A stretch of 56,490 bases of DNA, the filler included, from Squatina squatina (lineage: Eukaryota), in assembly GCA_031763465.1 (NCBI GenBank). It is 3 parts of 3 records of this genome, joined end to end, with 100 filler letters (N's around TTAATTAATTAA, not from the genome) between each part and the next. Parts side by side here need not be neighbours in the genome. Positions count along the whole stretch, not along the records: positions 1 to 15,797 come from JARFOE010000194.1; 2 more parts are not named here. One strand, 5' to 3'. The stretch's first letter is position 1. Every line of letters begins with the position of its first letter. Position numbers and translations under genes: made by a program. Shown in pieces: positions 1 through 10,558 of the stretch. The notes below the pieces were generated by a model that saw only the letters and a program-made list of their open reading frames with translations, searched no databases and had not been told where the DNA came from.

Positions 1-647
1 GTGTTTATATTGCATCACTGGAGACAAGTCTTAAGATTTATAGTGTATGATTGATGATGATAGTTATTAAATGAGTGGTATGACATAAGGTGCTGTTGTT
101 CAGAGTAGAATCCCTAATATTGAAATCCTACTGCTAACGAAATAAAACAAAACCTTTCAAATAAAAAACTGTAAAAATCGCTAATGTTCAAAAAAAGAAA
201 ACAATATTACCTAAATTGTTGGAGCCACTGCTGGATCTCAGCCAAGCCTACAATCTTGGTTTTGTGCTGAGGACATTACGCCTACACATTCTTTCCTCCC
301 TGCAATTTGGCCTGATTTCTGTGGCAGCCCATTATACAATGACAGAAGCAATAGGCTTACTATCGTGCTTGTCAGCCTACCTAAGTTGCAGTTGACACAG
401 AAGCTTGTGGGACTAACAGGATTGAGTGCACACTGCCCTAACAATTATACTAAAATGTTTTTTTTTTTTAATTTGTTTTTGTTTTAATTTTAAAGAAACA
501 AGTCACCACTGGAGGAATGAAGGCAAGTTAATGATTTCACTTTTAATTACATTTTAAGAAATTTTATTTCCACAGTGTGGGTAAAAACACACAATCGTTA
601 CCTTTTGATATATTTTTGTCTTTATCTTTAGGAACATCTTTTTGGAC

Positions 648-1030
648 CTCAGCTGGGCTCAGTGGGTCGTGTTCCACCTTCCGTCAACTTTGTGGGTTCA
701 AGAACATTCCAGGACCAATACTAAAGGAGAACCGCATTACCTCAGAGGTGCTGTCCTTTGAATGAGATATCTGCCTGTTCCGGCGGCTCAGGTGGATGTT
801 AAAAATTCCATTAAAGAAAGAATTTGCATTGATATAGCGCCATTTATGACCTCAGGATGTCCCAAAGCGGTTTACAGTCATTTAAGTATTTTTGAAGCAT
901 AGTCCCTGTTGTAGTGTAGGACTACTTAAATACACTATTTAAAGAGGAGTAGGGGTTCTCCGGGTGTTGCAGTCAACATTTCTCCCTCAACAATGCCACT
1001 AAAATCTGATCAGGTACTTCATCTTGCTCC
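648..1030 (+). mobile_element. DeuSINE (SacSINE1-like), degenerate and interrupted
   Basis: tRNA-like head (gggctcagtgggt...gtgggttcaag) and Deu-domain motifs (cagaggtgctgtcctttgaatgagat...ctcaggtggatgttaaaaattcca; cactatttaaagaggagtaggggttctcc); same family as 23931-24350; ends at a gap. Confidence 0.75.
813..920 (-). mobile_element. L2-type 3' tail of a DeuSINE, inserted in reverse orientation into the SINE above
   Basis: aaagaaagaatttgcattgatatagcgcc...gacctcaggatgtcccaaagcggtttacag is the reverse complement of the tail seen at about 24290-24350. Confidence 0.7.
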
Positions 1031-1537
1031 NNNNNNNNNNNNNNNNNNNNNNNNNNNNNNNNNNNNNNNNNNNNNNNNNNNNNNNNNNNNNNNNNNNNNN
1101 NNNNNNNNNNNNNNNNNNNNNNNNNNNNNNGATTAGAATCTCCAGAACTTATCAGAAAATAGATATTTCTTCAAAGCCAAGCCTTTTTCTTTTGTACTGC
1201 AGGCTACATTGGAAATTCACTTGCCTCAGTGCTTTTGGCAGCTGTTATCTCAGTGGTGATCTGACGCCTCCAATATCCTGCTAATGCTTCCCAGTTTGTA
1301 AACTGCGGATGCTTTTCTGGGCAAGCGTCCCATATCCACAGCCTGTAATTATCACCAATCACTACTGTGATCCAGTGATACCACCCAGAGAAGAAGCAGG
1401 TGGATAAGCTGCATCTGTAAACAATGGTGTTTTATCAAAATGATTGGCATTAAAATGACACTATTCCCCACCCCCACTAAAAATGAAATTCACTCTCATT
1501 TTACTATACACCCACAGAGGTGTCAACGCAGATGTAG

Positions 1538-1615
1538 CAGTTTGCAGATGTCTGTATTAATTTGACCTCAGTTTGCTACAACAGTTTGCAGATGTCTATA
1601 TTAATATGACCTTAG
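1538..1615. repeat. Short direct duplication: 34-bp unit, 44-bp period, 3 mismatches
   Basis: cagtttgcagatgtctgtattaatttgacctcag (1538-1571) vs cagtttgcagatgtctatattaatatgaccttag (1582-1615). Confidence 0.9.
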
Positions 1616-1831
1616 AGTGAGGGTTAAACTAACTTTCAAATGCATGTATGGAATATATCTCAACAAGGAGACAAATCTTTTAAGCTCCTAAAGTAAAAAT
1701 AGTGAATCTCTGCCAAGTTTCTTCCCTGTTTTTTTTGTCGGGGCGATGGGGAAGGCAGGAGGTCAATGAAAGATGGGCACTGTAGGAGAAGGAAAGAATA
1801 TAATAGTCTGTGGCAGACTAAAATACAAACT

Positions 1832-2055
1832 TGGTTCTGTGGGTAACACTCTTGTGTCTCAAATTGACAGTTGTGGATTCAAGCCCTGTACGAGGACCTC
1901 AGTGCAGAAACTAGGTTGATTCCCCACTGCAATATTGACAGAGCGTTGCATTCACAGAGGTGCCAACCTTTGGATTAGATGTTAAACCAAGGTTTCATCT
2001 ATCCTTTCAAGAAGCTATTTAAAAATCCCATGATGCTATTCAAAGCAGAGCAGGA
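1832..2055 (+). mobile_element. DeuSINE (SacSINE1-like), 5' half
   Basis: tRNA-like head (gtgggtaacactcttg...gttgtggattcaagcc), then cagaggtgccaacctttggattagatgttaaaccaagg...atcccatgatgctattcaaagcagagcagg; cut by a gap. Confidence 0.75.
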
Positions 2056-2155
2056 NNNNNNNNNNNNNNNNNNNNNNNNNNNNNNNNNNNNNNNNNNNNN
2101 NNNNNNNNNNNNNNNNNNNNNNNNNNNNNNNNNNNNNNNNNNNNNNNNNNNNNNN

Positions 2156-2296
2156 GAACATCCTTCCTGCATCTAGTCTGTCTAGTCCTGTTAGAATTTT
2201 ATAAGTTTCAATGAGATCCCCTCTCATTCTTCCAAATTCTAGCGAATACAAGCCTAATCGACCCAATCTCTCTTCATACGTCATCCCTGCCATCCC
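2156..2296 (-). mobile_element. CR1 LINE ORF2 C-terminal fragment
   Basis: Translates to GMTYEERLGRLGLYSLEFGRMRGDLIETYKILTGLDRLDAGRMF, the typical CR1 ORF2 C-terminus. Confidence 0.92.
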
Positions 2297-2423
2297 ACTT
2301 CGTGGGTGGAGCATGTAAACTCTGAGATGTACCGCAACCGAAAGAGATTTCACTCCCTGAATGGTGTGCGACCGTACGCAGCAAATCATGCTGGTGATTG
2401 CCCGGTATCCAGAGAGCAGTCAT
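2297..2423 (+). mobile_element. PIF/Harbinger transposase relic (DDE core, frameshifted)
   Basis: HVNSEMYRNRKRFHSLN, frameshift, VCDRTQQIMLVIARYPESSH; matches the Harbinger/HARBI1 motif Y-x-NRKGFHSLNVQ-x-VCD...ARYPGS-x-HD. Confidence 0.85.
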
Positions 2424-3313
2424 TCTGCTGCTGCCAGTTTTCCTCCACTTGAAGTTGAAAATGATATGCTGTGAAATTTTAATTTCACTCTAGTTGTGAT
2501 TTTCATGTAAATAAATTCATATTTAGAGATTTTGTTTTGTTTTTACACATCAGTTATCTGAGCTCCTTGTTCTGCACTGGTATTTTGAGAAATTAATATA
2601 CATAGCTGTTTCTAACTAAGTTTTTGCCAAAACTCTGTCTAGTTATATTAACAGCCAGACCTAGCAACGCTATTTAAATTCTGAGGAAGCACATAGGGGC
2701 AGAAATTTATCTTGGATGGTAATGCTAAACTGACGGTAACATATTAGCCACCCGGTATACCTGACTTTCAACTTCATTAACCACAATTAATATACCACTA
2801 CCTTAAAAAAATTATAATAAGTCCAACTCTGGAAATGATATACTTATGTTCAGGAAGAGCTACTGAGTATGATTAACAATTACTGTACTGTGCATGTAAA
2901 TTGCCAAGTTCTAATAACTATGTGTCAATGAGGAACAGAAGATTCAGAATGGGGGATTATTCTTCATTCTTGTTTGCAGTTGTGAAGGTCAATTAATAAC
3001 AAGAAAGTTACAAAAATCATCACTGTTTATTTTAATGTGGGCGCAGAATAATTGTCACCTACTGTAAGCTAATGACATACAAATATTAGCACAACAGCTT
3101 ATGAGTGGTTGTGTATGTAAGGGGGTATTTTTATAGAGCATTAGGGCAATATCAACTGATGCTTCTTAGATTTTCAGTTTTAATAATATTGCTTTTATTG
3201 CTGTCAATTTCCTTGGAACATCTCCACCGCTGTAACTTTGGCAGATGATTGACAGGCATGTGCACACTTAATGGAAATGTTCATTAATTGAATTATTCAT
3301 CAATACAGACACT

Positions 3314-3720
3314 GGGGGAGAGAAATTCTCCAGCTTGGCGCCACCCATTAGAGCGGTGTTAAGTGAAGAAAGCGGCGGCGGCTGCTCTTCTGCCAGCTGG
3401 TGGTGGCTCCCACAGCATCCTCCATTTTCAATGTCCCGATAGCACTGCCATTCTTAAGTAGTGCCCTGAAATAAATGGCGCAGTGGTGACATCATCACTG
3501 CGAACTTCGACCCTAGCGAGTTCAGTGTTGGGTCCTAAGCTTACCAGGTAACCCTAGGGTGCCCAATTTGTGTTTTGGGCATTTCTAGCACTAAGCGCCG
3601 AATGTNNNNNNNNNNNNNNNNNNNNNNNNNNNNNNNNNNNNNNNNNNNNNNNNNNNNNNNNNNNNNNNNNNNNNNNNNNNNNNNNNNNNNNNNNNNNNNN
3701 NNNNNGGCAGATTTGGGCCA
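3314..3720. mobile_element. GC-rich non-autonomous DNA transposon (Harbinger-type MITE), spans a gap
   Basis: Left end gggggagagaaattc, right end gatttgggcc, CpG-rich interior; the two ends may belong to different copies. Confidence 0.6.
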
Positions 3721-4095
3721 TGCCAGAGGCCTTTCAGTCAAATTAAGTTGCTGGGGTTTTAATAATCAAATGTTGGGTGAATGCCCTTGAATTGTCGAGC
3801 AATGGCTTTTAAAAAGATTATTTTTCCAAGATCATTTGTTTCTGCTGCAGTTGATACTTCTCTCAGCCTCGACTGCAGCGCGGGGGGGAGTGGAAGAGGA
3901 TGTCACTGATACTGGATTTATCCAATATATATATATGTAGTTTTAAAGTTGAGTCTTTTACGAAAATAGTGCTAGAATGTTCCCAATAAAGAGCAGTTTC
4001 CCTGCTGGTGACCTACAGTTCAACCAGGCGTATTTCTCAGACACCGTAACATGAATGTCAAGCTCCAGTTCTTTGGAAGGGAGGCACTATTGTAT

Positions 4096-4149
4096 CTAGG
4101 TGATACGGATTCCCAGTACTTGTTCCAGTTCTTGCCTGCGTTGCTGAAC
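4096..4149 (-). CDS. SMARCD2: SWI/SNF subunit BAF60B (SMARCD2), terminal coding exon
   Basis: Strong acceptor tttctatttttttttccatacag, then VQQRRQELEQVLGIRIT-TAG. Recalled human C-termini: SMARCD2 VQQRRQELEQVLGIRLT, SMARCD1 ...EQALGIRNT, SMARCD3 ...EQSLVVRNT. Paralogue call rests on 17 aa. Confidence 0.88.
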   Translation of the reverse strand, partial: VQQRRQELEQVLGIRIT

Positions 4150-6892
4150 CTGTATGGAAAAAAAAATAGAAACTTCAAGTTTTGAATGCTGAGAGTCCAA
4201 TTTTATATTGCATTGCGTAAGTTTTGCTTTGTATCGTTGGTAATAAAATTGCCACTGCCTCCCCTCCTTTTAACCCCACATCAGTGTCCTGAAAAGATGC
4301 CATGGGACACCAGTCTATGAACATCTCCAACATTGTACGGAACTTCCCTGTCTGATGGGTTAGCCCAGCTGTTGGTTCACTGAAAATAATACTTCTGCAA
4401 AAACAGTGGAAGGGGGCCATCATGTGAAACATTTTACAATGATTTTGAAGGTCTTTTCTTTGGGCTGTACATCACTCATTGCTCGAGTTCTGGGCAGCTC
4501 CCTTGCTCCCAGGGCTCCGTCACTATGCCTCCTCAAGTTAGCTGCATGTGAGTGAGCAGCAGGAGGGCAGGCAAAGAGCCAGAAATGAGATCGGAACCCA
4601 ATTATGATGAGTCCTAAGCCTCTCTGCCAGTTTCCACATAACCATTTTGAAGCAGAACCTCCATCCGCCCTAAATATGGACTATAATGTAACAGGGGTAT
4701 TGCCGGGGCAGAAGATGAGGTCTCCCAGATCCTGCAGTTTTTTCATCTTCAGCCTGGGAGAAGAGTGGCAGGCCAGAGCGCTGAGTGAGAGCACGCCTCC
4801 ATTGCGGCCTGCATCCCCGACAATTAAAAACATTTTGGAATTCATTTTCAGCCTCTTTATGAAACAAAGCCACTGGGCATATTTCCATCACATCCGGGGT
4901 GTTGTCCCGGACCCTCAATCCCGGAGAGTGGACAGCCTCCACCGCACCTTTTTATGATTTTAAGCTCCTCAATCAAATTGTGAATATTTCTCTTATTTCA
5001 GTTGAGTCATTTATGAGTGTTAAGTTGACTTGAACATAACCAATATGACCTTTACAAGTCAGAAGTTAATCATTGATTGGTTGCATTATTCATTAGTCAT
5101 TATTGCTAAATAATGAGTAACGCTGGGATAATCAATGTTCAAACCCAGCACTTTACCAGATGTCATCTTAATTGCAGCCTGTTGTAGATAGCGATGCTTT
5201 AGCAAAATAAGGAAACAATTACTATGATTTATAGGGAGCCACTTACATTGCAGTGAACATTGTTTGATAATACAGGAACTGCCTGCTGAAATATTTCCCT
5301 ACATAATAATATGAAATGACCTATTTTATAGCAATGGATTTGTTTTATAAATACATGAAAAGCATTTACCTCTTTATGCCTGAAGTAACTGCTAGAAATA
5401 TATTTCAATCATACAGTATATTAAATGTACCATAAACTCCTTTCTGTATTGCGATGCTCAGCACAGGGTACATGGTACATGTGGAATCAAGGCAGATTAC
5501 CATTACAGGAAGGGGGAAGTGTGGTATCCATGACAACATTATATTATTCACAATTGATATGTTTAGAAAAATTAGCACAGAGGTTAGCTGTTTGTTGTGT
5601 ACAAGTATCAACGTCCATCAAATACTCAACAGGAATATTTGATTTTGGAAGTGTTAGTTAAAGACAGAAGTTTTTTGGTTGAGTTGGGTTTCATGCTTGT
5701 TTTTTTAGCAATGTTTCTGAGGAACATTTAGTTTGCTTTATCAAAATAGAAACTTTAGTTTAAATTTATTCACAACATTACTAAAGGTACTCTTGGTGCC
5801 CTTCACACAGAAGCTCCTAGTCCCTGGAAAACATCAGATGGTGTCTTTATTGCAGCTTGAACAGTGGCAACAAGGACAATGTGCAATGTTGAACTGTCCT
5901 GTCAAGGGAGGGATAAAAAGAAGGTTGGCAGTGAAGATTCGTCTGCATCAGAAAGCCTATTATTTTGATGATGAAGTTTGTTTTTTCAAATGCCGCAGTC
6001 CCCCAGGATCAGCCATACTTCTGTGTGTGATTTTACTACTTGGATGTTCCTTTTAACCTGTTCTCAAGGATACAGTATGTAAAATGGAGGAGTAGCATTG
6101 AAAAGAATTTATACTACATTTGTAAAATTTCAAAATGTGAGGGCTGATTGAAACCTTGCCCATCCAGCGGGTAGTTAAAATAGCTTGTGGAACTCGCCTG
6201 CCGAGATCCCGCACTGGTCCCACAGTTTACAGTTTTAAGCTGCTCTTCTAAGCAGGTATTCTAGTCAGCTGCTGGAAAGTGGCAGGCTCCTACTTTAAAT
6301 GTGCAGGTCAAGTTCCAAAAGTATCAACGGGACCCGACTGCTATTTATACCATCCGCCTGAGAAGGGAAACCAATTGGCCTAATGGGAAGAAGAGGCAAT
6401 ATCAGAAAATGCTCAAAGTTTACTCTGCTACCTCGTATCAATAGGTACCACAGTCATTTTCTTCTGTCCTTTTGATCCAATACAAAATATGAACCCATGA
6501 CAATTCTTTCATTGACATAAGTATTGTTCAAAGCAACTAATGTTGATGCGCACCTTTTTAAAAAAAAAAGCTGTAATGAAATCCAACAACCACAATAGTC
6601 AAGTGGCAAATATTGAATATTTTTCAAGTTTATTCCTTATCTGATGTAAACTAACCTGAACCTAATGGGGTACAGAATAGAAATCAGTGGAAATGAAAGT
6701 CGGGTGGTTATTATAACAGGTGGCCTATGAGCAGTGCCAGTTTTACCCCTGGGCAGCTAGTTGCACTTCTACCCCAGTATGTGCATTGTGCCCTCCGTAC
6801 AGCGGCACTGTATTGTAATGCTTTTCACTGCTGCTGACCGTGTTACAGTTTGGGGAGAAGCTCATGTAAAGGCATTACTTTTCCGTTTATAG

Positions 6893-7084
6893 AAGAAGCT
6901 ACTCGACGCTTCATGGAATGGACTATTTGGATCCTGACGAATCATGGGAATGCAGCTCGGGAGAACTGGAGCGAAGGGGTCGACTGGGAAGTGAAGTCGG
7001 CTGGCTTTCTGCATCTACCTCGACCGAGACATGTGACATCTTGGACAGCCTCCACCTGAACTTCAAACTTTCCAACAAGATTCG
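6893..7084 (+). CDS. Putative internal coding exon, product unknown (192 nt, phase 2/2)
   Basis: Acceptor ttacttttccgtttatag, donor CG|gtaacc, stop-free RSYSTLHGMDYLDPDESWECSSGELERRGRLGSEVGWLSASTSTETCDILDSLHLNFKLSNKI; CpG-rich against CpG-poor flanks; length divisible by 3. Confidence 0.55.
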
Positions 7085-7264
7085 GTAACCAATGTCCTTC
7101 TGTTGCATTGCACTTTGTTGTATCGTTTCCGACTGATAATGTTTATATTTTATTTCCCTCCCTTCCAATTTACTCCTCTCCTTTCCTGAAGCCTTTAATC
7201 ATGCTTGATCCGTCTCCACAGGCGCAAACCACACATTAGCTTACTCACATGGCCATTGTTTATG

Positions 7265-8070
7265 CGTGTAACTGGACAGTCACAAACTCGGTTCCCTCGC
7301 CACCAACTCCATCCTGCTCCCTACCCACTGCCTGAGGCTGAACCAGGCCGTTCGCAACCTTGGCGTTGTATTTGACCCGGAGATGAGATTCCGTCCACAT
7401 ATCCTCTCCATCACCAAGACTGTCTACTTTGACCTCCATAATATCGCTCAACTCCGCCCCTACCTCAGCTCATCTGCAGCTGAAACCCTCACCAATGCCT
7501 CTGGACACGACTATTCCACTGCTCTCCTGGCCGGCCTCCCACCTTGCATCCTCCCTAAAATTGAGCTCAGCCAAAATGCTGCTGCCTGTACCTTAACTCA
7601 CAACAAGCCCTGTTCATGCATCAGCCGCACTCGCTGACCTACATTGGCTCCCGTTCAGGCAACACCTCAGTTTTAAAATTCTCATACTTGTTTGCAGATC
7701 CCTCCATGGCCTTGCCCCACTCTACCTCTGTAGCCTCCTCCAGCCCCACAACCCTGCGAGATATCTGTGCTCCACTAATTCTGGGCTCTTGCGCACCCCT
7801 CATTTTAATCACGCCAGCGTTGGTGGCCGTGCCTTCAGCTGCCTGGGCCCTAAGCTCTGGAATTCCATCATTAATCCTCCCTGGCTCTCTACCTCTCTCT
7901 ACTCCTTTAAGATGTTCCTTAAGACCTACCTCTTTGACCAAGCCTTTTGGTCATCTGCCCTAATATCTCCTTATTGTAGCTTGGTGTCAAATTTTGTTTG
8001 ATGACGCTCCAGTGAAGTGGCTTGGGATTTTTACTATGTTCAAGGTGCTACATAAATGCAAGTTGTTATT
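7265..8070 (+). mobile_element. L2 LINE 3' portion (ORF2 C-terminus plus 3' tail)
   Basis: RNLGVVFDPEMRFRPHILSITKTVYFDLHNIAQLRPYLS...GGRAFSCLGPKLWNS...FKMFLKTYLF; tail ...caaggtgctacataaatgcaagttgtt. Confidence 0.9.
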
Positions 8071-8159
8071 GTAAGTATGCTATTCAACTGTCAAAGGTGA
8101 TTCCGATCCTGCCTCATCAGACATCTACCGATGTGCTCTTACAGGTCACTGCATAGTAA

Positions 8160-8207
8160 TCATAGAAACATAGAAAATAGGTGCAGGAGTAGGCCATTAG
8201 GCCCTTC
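8160..8207 (-). mobile_element. CR1 3' terminus
   Basis: catagaaacatagaaaataggtgcaggagtaggccatt is the reverse complement of the (ctatgttt)n CR1 tail; cut by a gap. Confidence 0.85.
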
Positions 8208-8307
8208 NNNNNNNNNNNNNNNNNNNNNNNNNNNNNNNNNNNNNNNNNNNNNNNNNNNNNNNNNNNNNNNNNNNNNNNNNNNNNNNNNNNNNNNNNNNNN
8301 NNNNNNN

Positions 8308-8419
8308 GGGCACAGTTCCTTTGGGTCCTTGGGGCCAGCCTTCTGCCGCCTGACATTCTGCTCCCGGCCACCGGCCAGCTGATTCTTTTCGTCAAGTTCA
8401 GGTGAGAGACTGTCAGCAC
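8308..8419 (-). CDS. Candidate exon truncated by a gap, product unknown
   Basis: Acceptor ttttagtcctctctacag; GC-rich; open in phase 1 as (x)ADSLSPELDEKNQLAGGREQNVRRQKAGPKDPKELC; a second frame is also open; no donor visible. Confidence 0.4.
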
Positions 8420-8854
8420 CTGTAGAGAGGACTAAAATTTCCAATGCCTTATACTGTGGAGGTACTGACGGTTTGCTGTCTGCCTCGGCCCCTTCCATCG
8501 TGACACCCACGCCCACTTAAAATCAGCTCTGTGGTTCTTTGCTGGTCCTGACATTATTATTTAAACAATTTTGAAAAGAAACACAACTTCTTCACAAGTA
8601 AAATTTTCTGTCGGATCAATATTTTGCACTTTGCAATTAAACCCTGACCATTCAGAAGTATAGGGGCTTCAAGCAGAAAATTTGTTCATTTACTTTAAAT
8701 CGGTTTTCACACATTCATCAAATTGACTGAAAAAAGAGGGAAATTAAGAAGGAACAAAGTAGCCATCCTTGAATTCATACTGAAACACTCGATATCTGCC
8801 TCGCATGTGAATTTTAAAAGCATTCAAATGCACTGCCGATGTTCAAGATTTTTA

Positions 8855-9048
8855 AAAACAACTTGCATTTATTTAGCACCTTTAAAATAATAAAACGTCC
8901 CAAGGCGCTTCACAGGAGCGATTATCAAATAAAATTTGAGATTGAGCCACATAGGGAGACATTAGGACAGAAAGAAATAGGTTTTTAAGGAGCGTCTTAA
9001 AGGTGGAATGAGTGGTAGAGACGCAGCGCGGTTTAGGGAGGGAATTCC
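8855..9048 (-). mobile_element. L2 3' tail
   Basis: aacaacttgcatttatttagcacctttaa...cccaaggcgcttcacaggagcg; reverse complement of the tail at about 7900-8070. Confidence 0.85.
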
Positions 9049-10349
9049 NNNNNNNNNNNNNNNNNNNNNNNNNNNNNNNNNNNNNNNNNNNNNNNNNNNN
9101 NNNNNNNNNNNNNNNNNNNNNNNNNNNNNNNNNNNNNNNNNNNNNNNNCGTAACAAAATTGTCAGTATCATGATAAGAGACATATCCGTGACCCAGGTTC
9201 TCATCGAATGAGGCTCCACACCGGCAGCACAACATCACTGAATTTACCCTCACAACAGGAGTCATTACTTTCAGGAGTCGAAAAGAGGAGTTAAAATTGA
9301 CTTTCAAAATGGTAAGTTGATAGAAACAAAAGCAAAACCAATTTGCAATTCAGATAACTTTCTCCATGTAATTTCACAGGTATATCAGCACGAAACGTTT
9401 TTAGCTGCACCTTCTGTCCATCTTCCACCCACAGCCACATTTCTATATTTTCAATGACTGCGTATACTTTGAATTCCAAAAGTTTATTCCCAATGCTCCT
9501 TGAATTGCTATAAAACATTTAGTTATTCCTTCAATACCTTCCTTCCCTTATTTGACCTTTTGTTCATTTGCATTTCCCNNNNNNNNNNTTCAACTTGCAC
9601 AACACTCAAGCTGCAGTCATTGCTCACCAGCCGTGATGACAGTGGGAAGCTAATAACAGGCCAGAGACCTGTGTGCACAGAGGGACATTTTTCTATTAAA
9701 ATATGTTACAATCCATTTACATTTTGTCTGTCTTGTTATTGTAGCCCAGAAAGATGACAAATGCCACACTACTTTTTCACTGGTCCTCAGTCAATCTTCA
9801 TTTTACCTGAGAGTTTGCACACGCGTTAAGGTGATTCCAATCTATCCCACTAACATGATGAGCTGAATCTGATGCACATGGTAATATCAAATAGATATTT
9901 AACTAAATAAATGTGATTAAACATACACAGAGAGTTGCGGTACCTCCATTATGCTAATGAGCTCACACTAGCTATTGCATGGAGCCTCTTTTGTTACGAC
10001 AACCCTTGAACCTTTTATTTCCAATTGTGCAGCTGTGGAACAAATTTAAGGAATCAATCACACACTTTGGTGTCACACTAGCCAGCTACATAATTACATG
10101 GTCAGTACCAAATTTACGCTGGCATACTAACTATTCCCGAATCATTCTGTTTCTGGGTTGTCAATACAAATAGAGCAATGGGGAACATTTTGATTGCCCT
10201 GAGTTTCTGGCGCTAACAGATGAATTGGGGAGCGCAAAGTTCAGGTCTTNNNNNNNNNNNNNNNNNNNNNNNNNNNNNNNNNNNNNNNNNNNNNNNNNNN
10301 NNNNNNNNNNNNNNNNNNNNNNNNNNNNNNNNNNNNNNNNNNNNNNNNN

Positions 10350-10468
10350 GCACACATCATTGCCCAAGTCCACTCCAACCGCACTAATCGCTACCAGTGG
10401 GCGTTAACGGCCTAACACCATTTTAGCGCCCATTTAGCGCTATCTTTGACAATCCAATTGGGCCCCCC
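10350..10468. mobile_element. Right end of a Harbinger-type MITE
   Basis: ttagcgcc subterminal repeats and terminus ccaattgggcccccc followed by taa. Confidence 0.6.
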
Positions 10469-10471
10469 TAA

Positions 10472-10558
10472 TGTCTAGCCAGATCAGGTGGAGTCCTATC
10501 TTACAACTCTGAGAAAGTCTCTGAGATTATTTATATCCGCTGTGTTGTGCACAACTTC
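10472..10558 (+). mobile_element. PIF/Harbinger transposase relic (C-terminal part of the DDE domain)
   Basis: Translates to CLARSGGVLSYNSEKVSEIIYIRCVVHNF; matches the Harbinger/HARBI1 motif CLD-x-SGG-x-LQYSPEKV-xx-II-x-ACC-x-LHN. Confidence 0.8.

Noticed and set aside
9149-9317. Donor ATG|gtaagt with a possible upstream exon
   Set aside because: The acceptor and frame are ambiguous, there are stops in each frame, and the contig starts at a gap.
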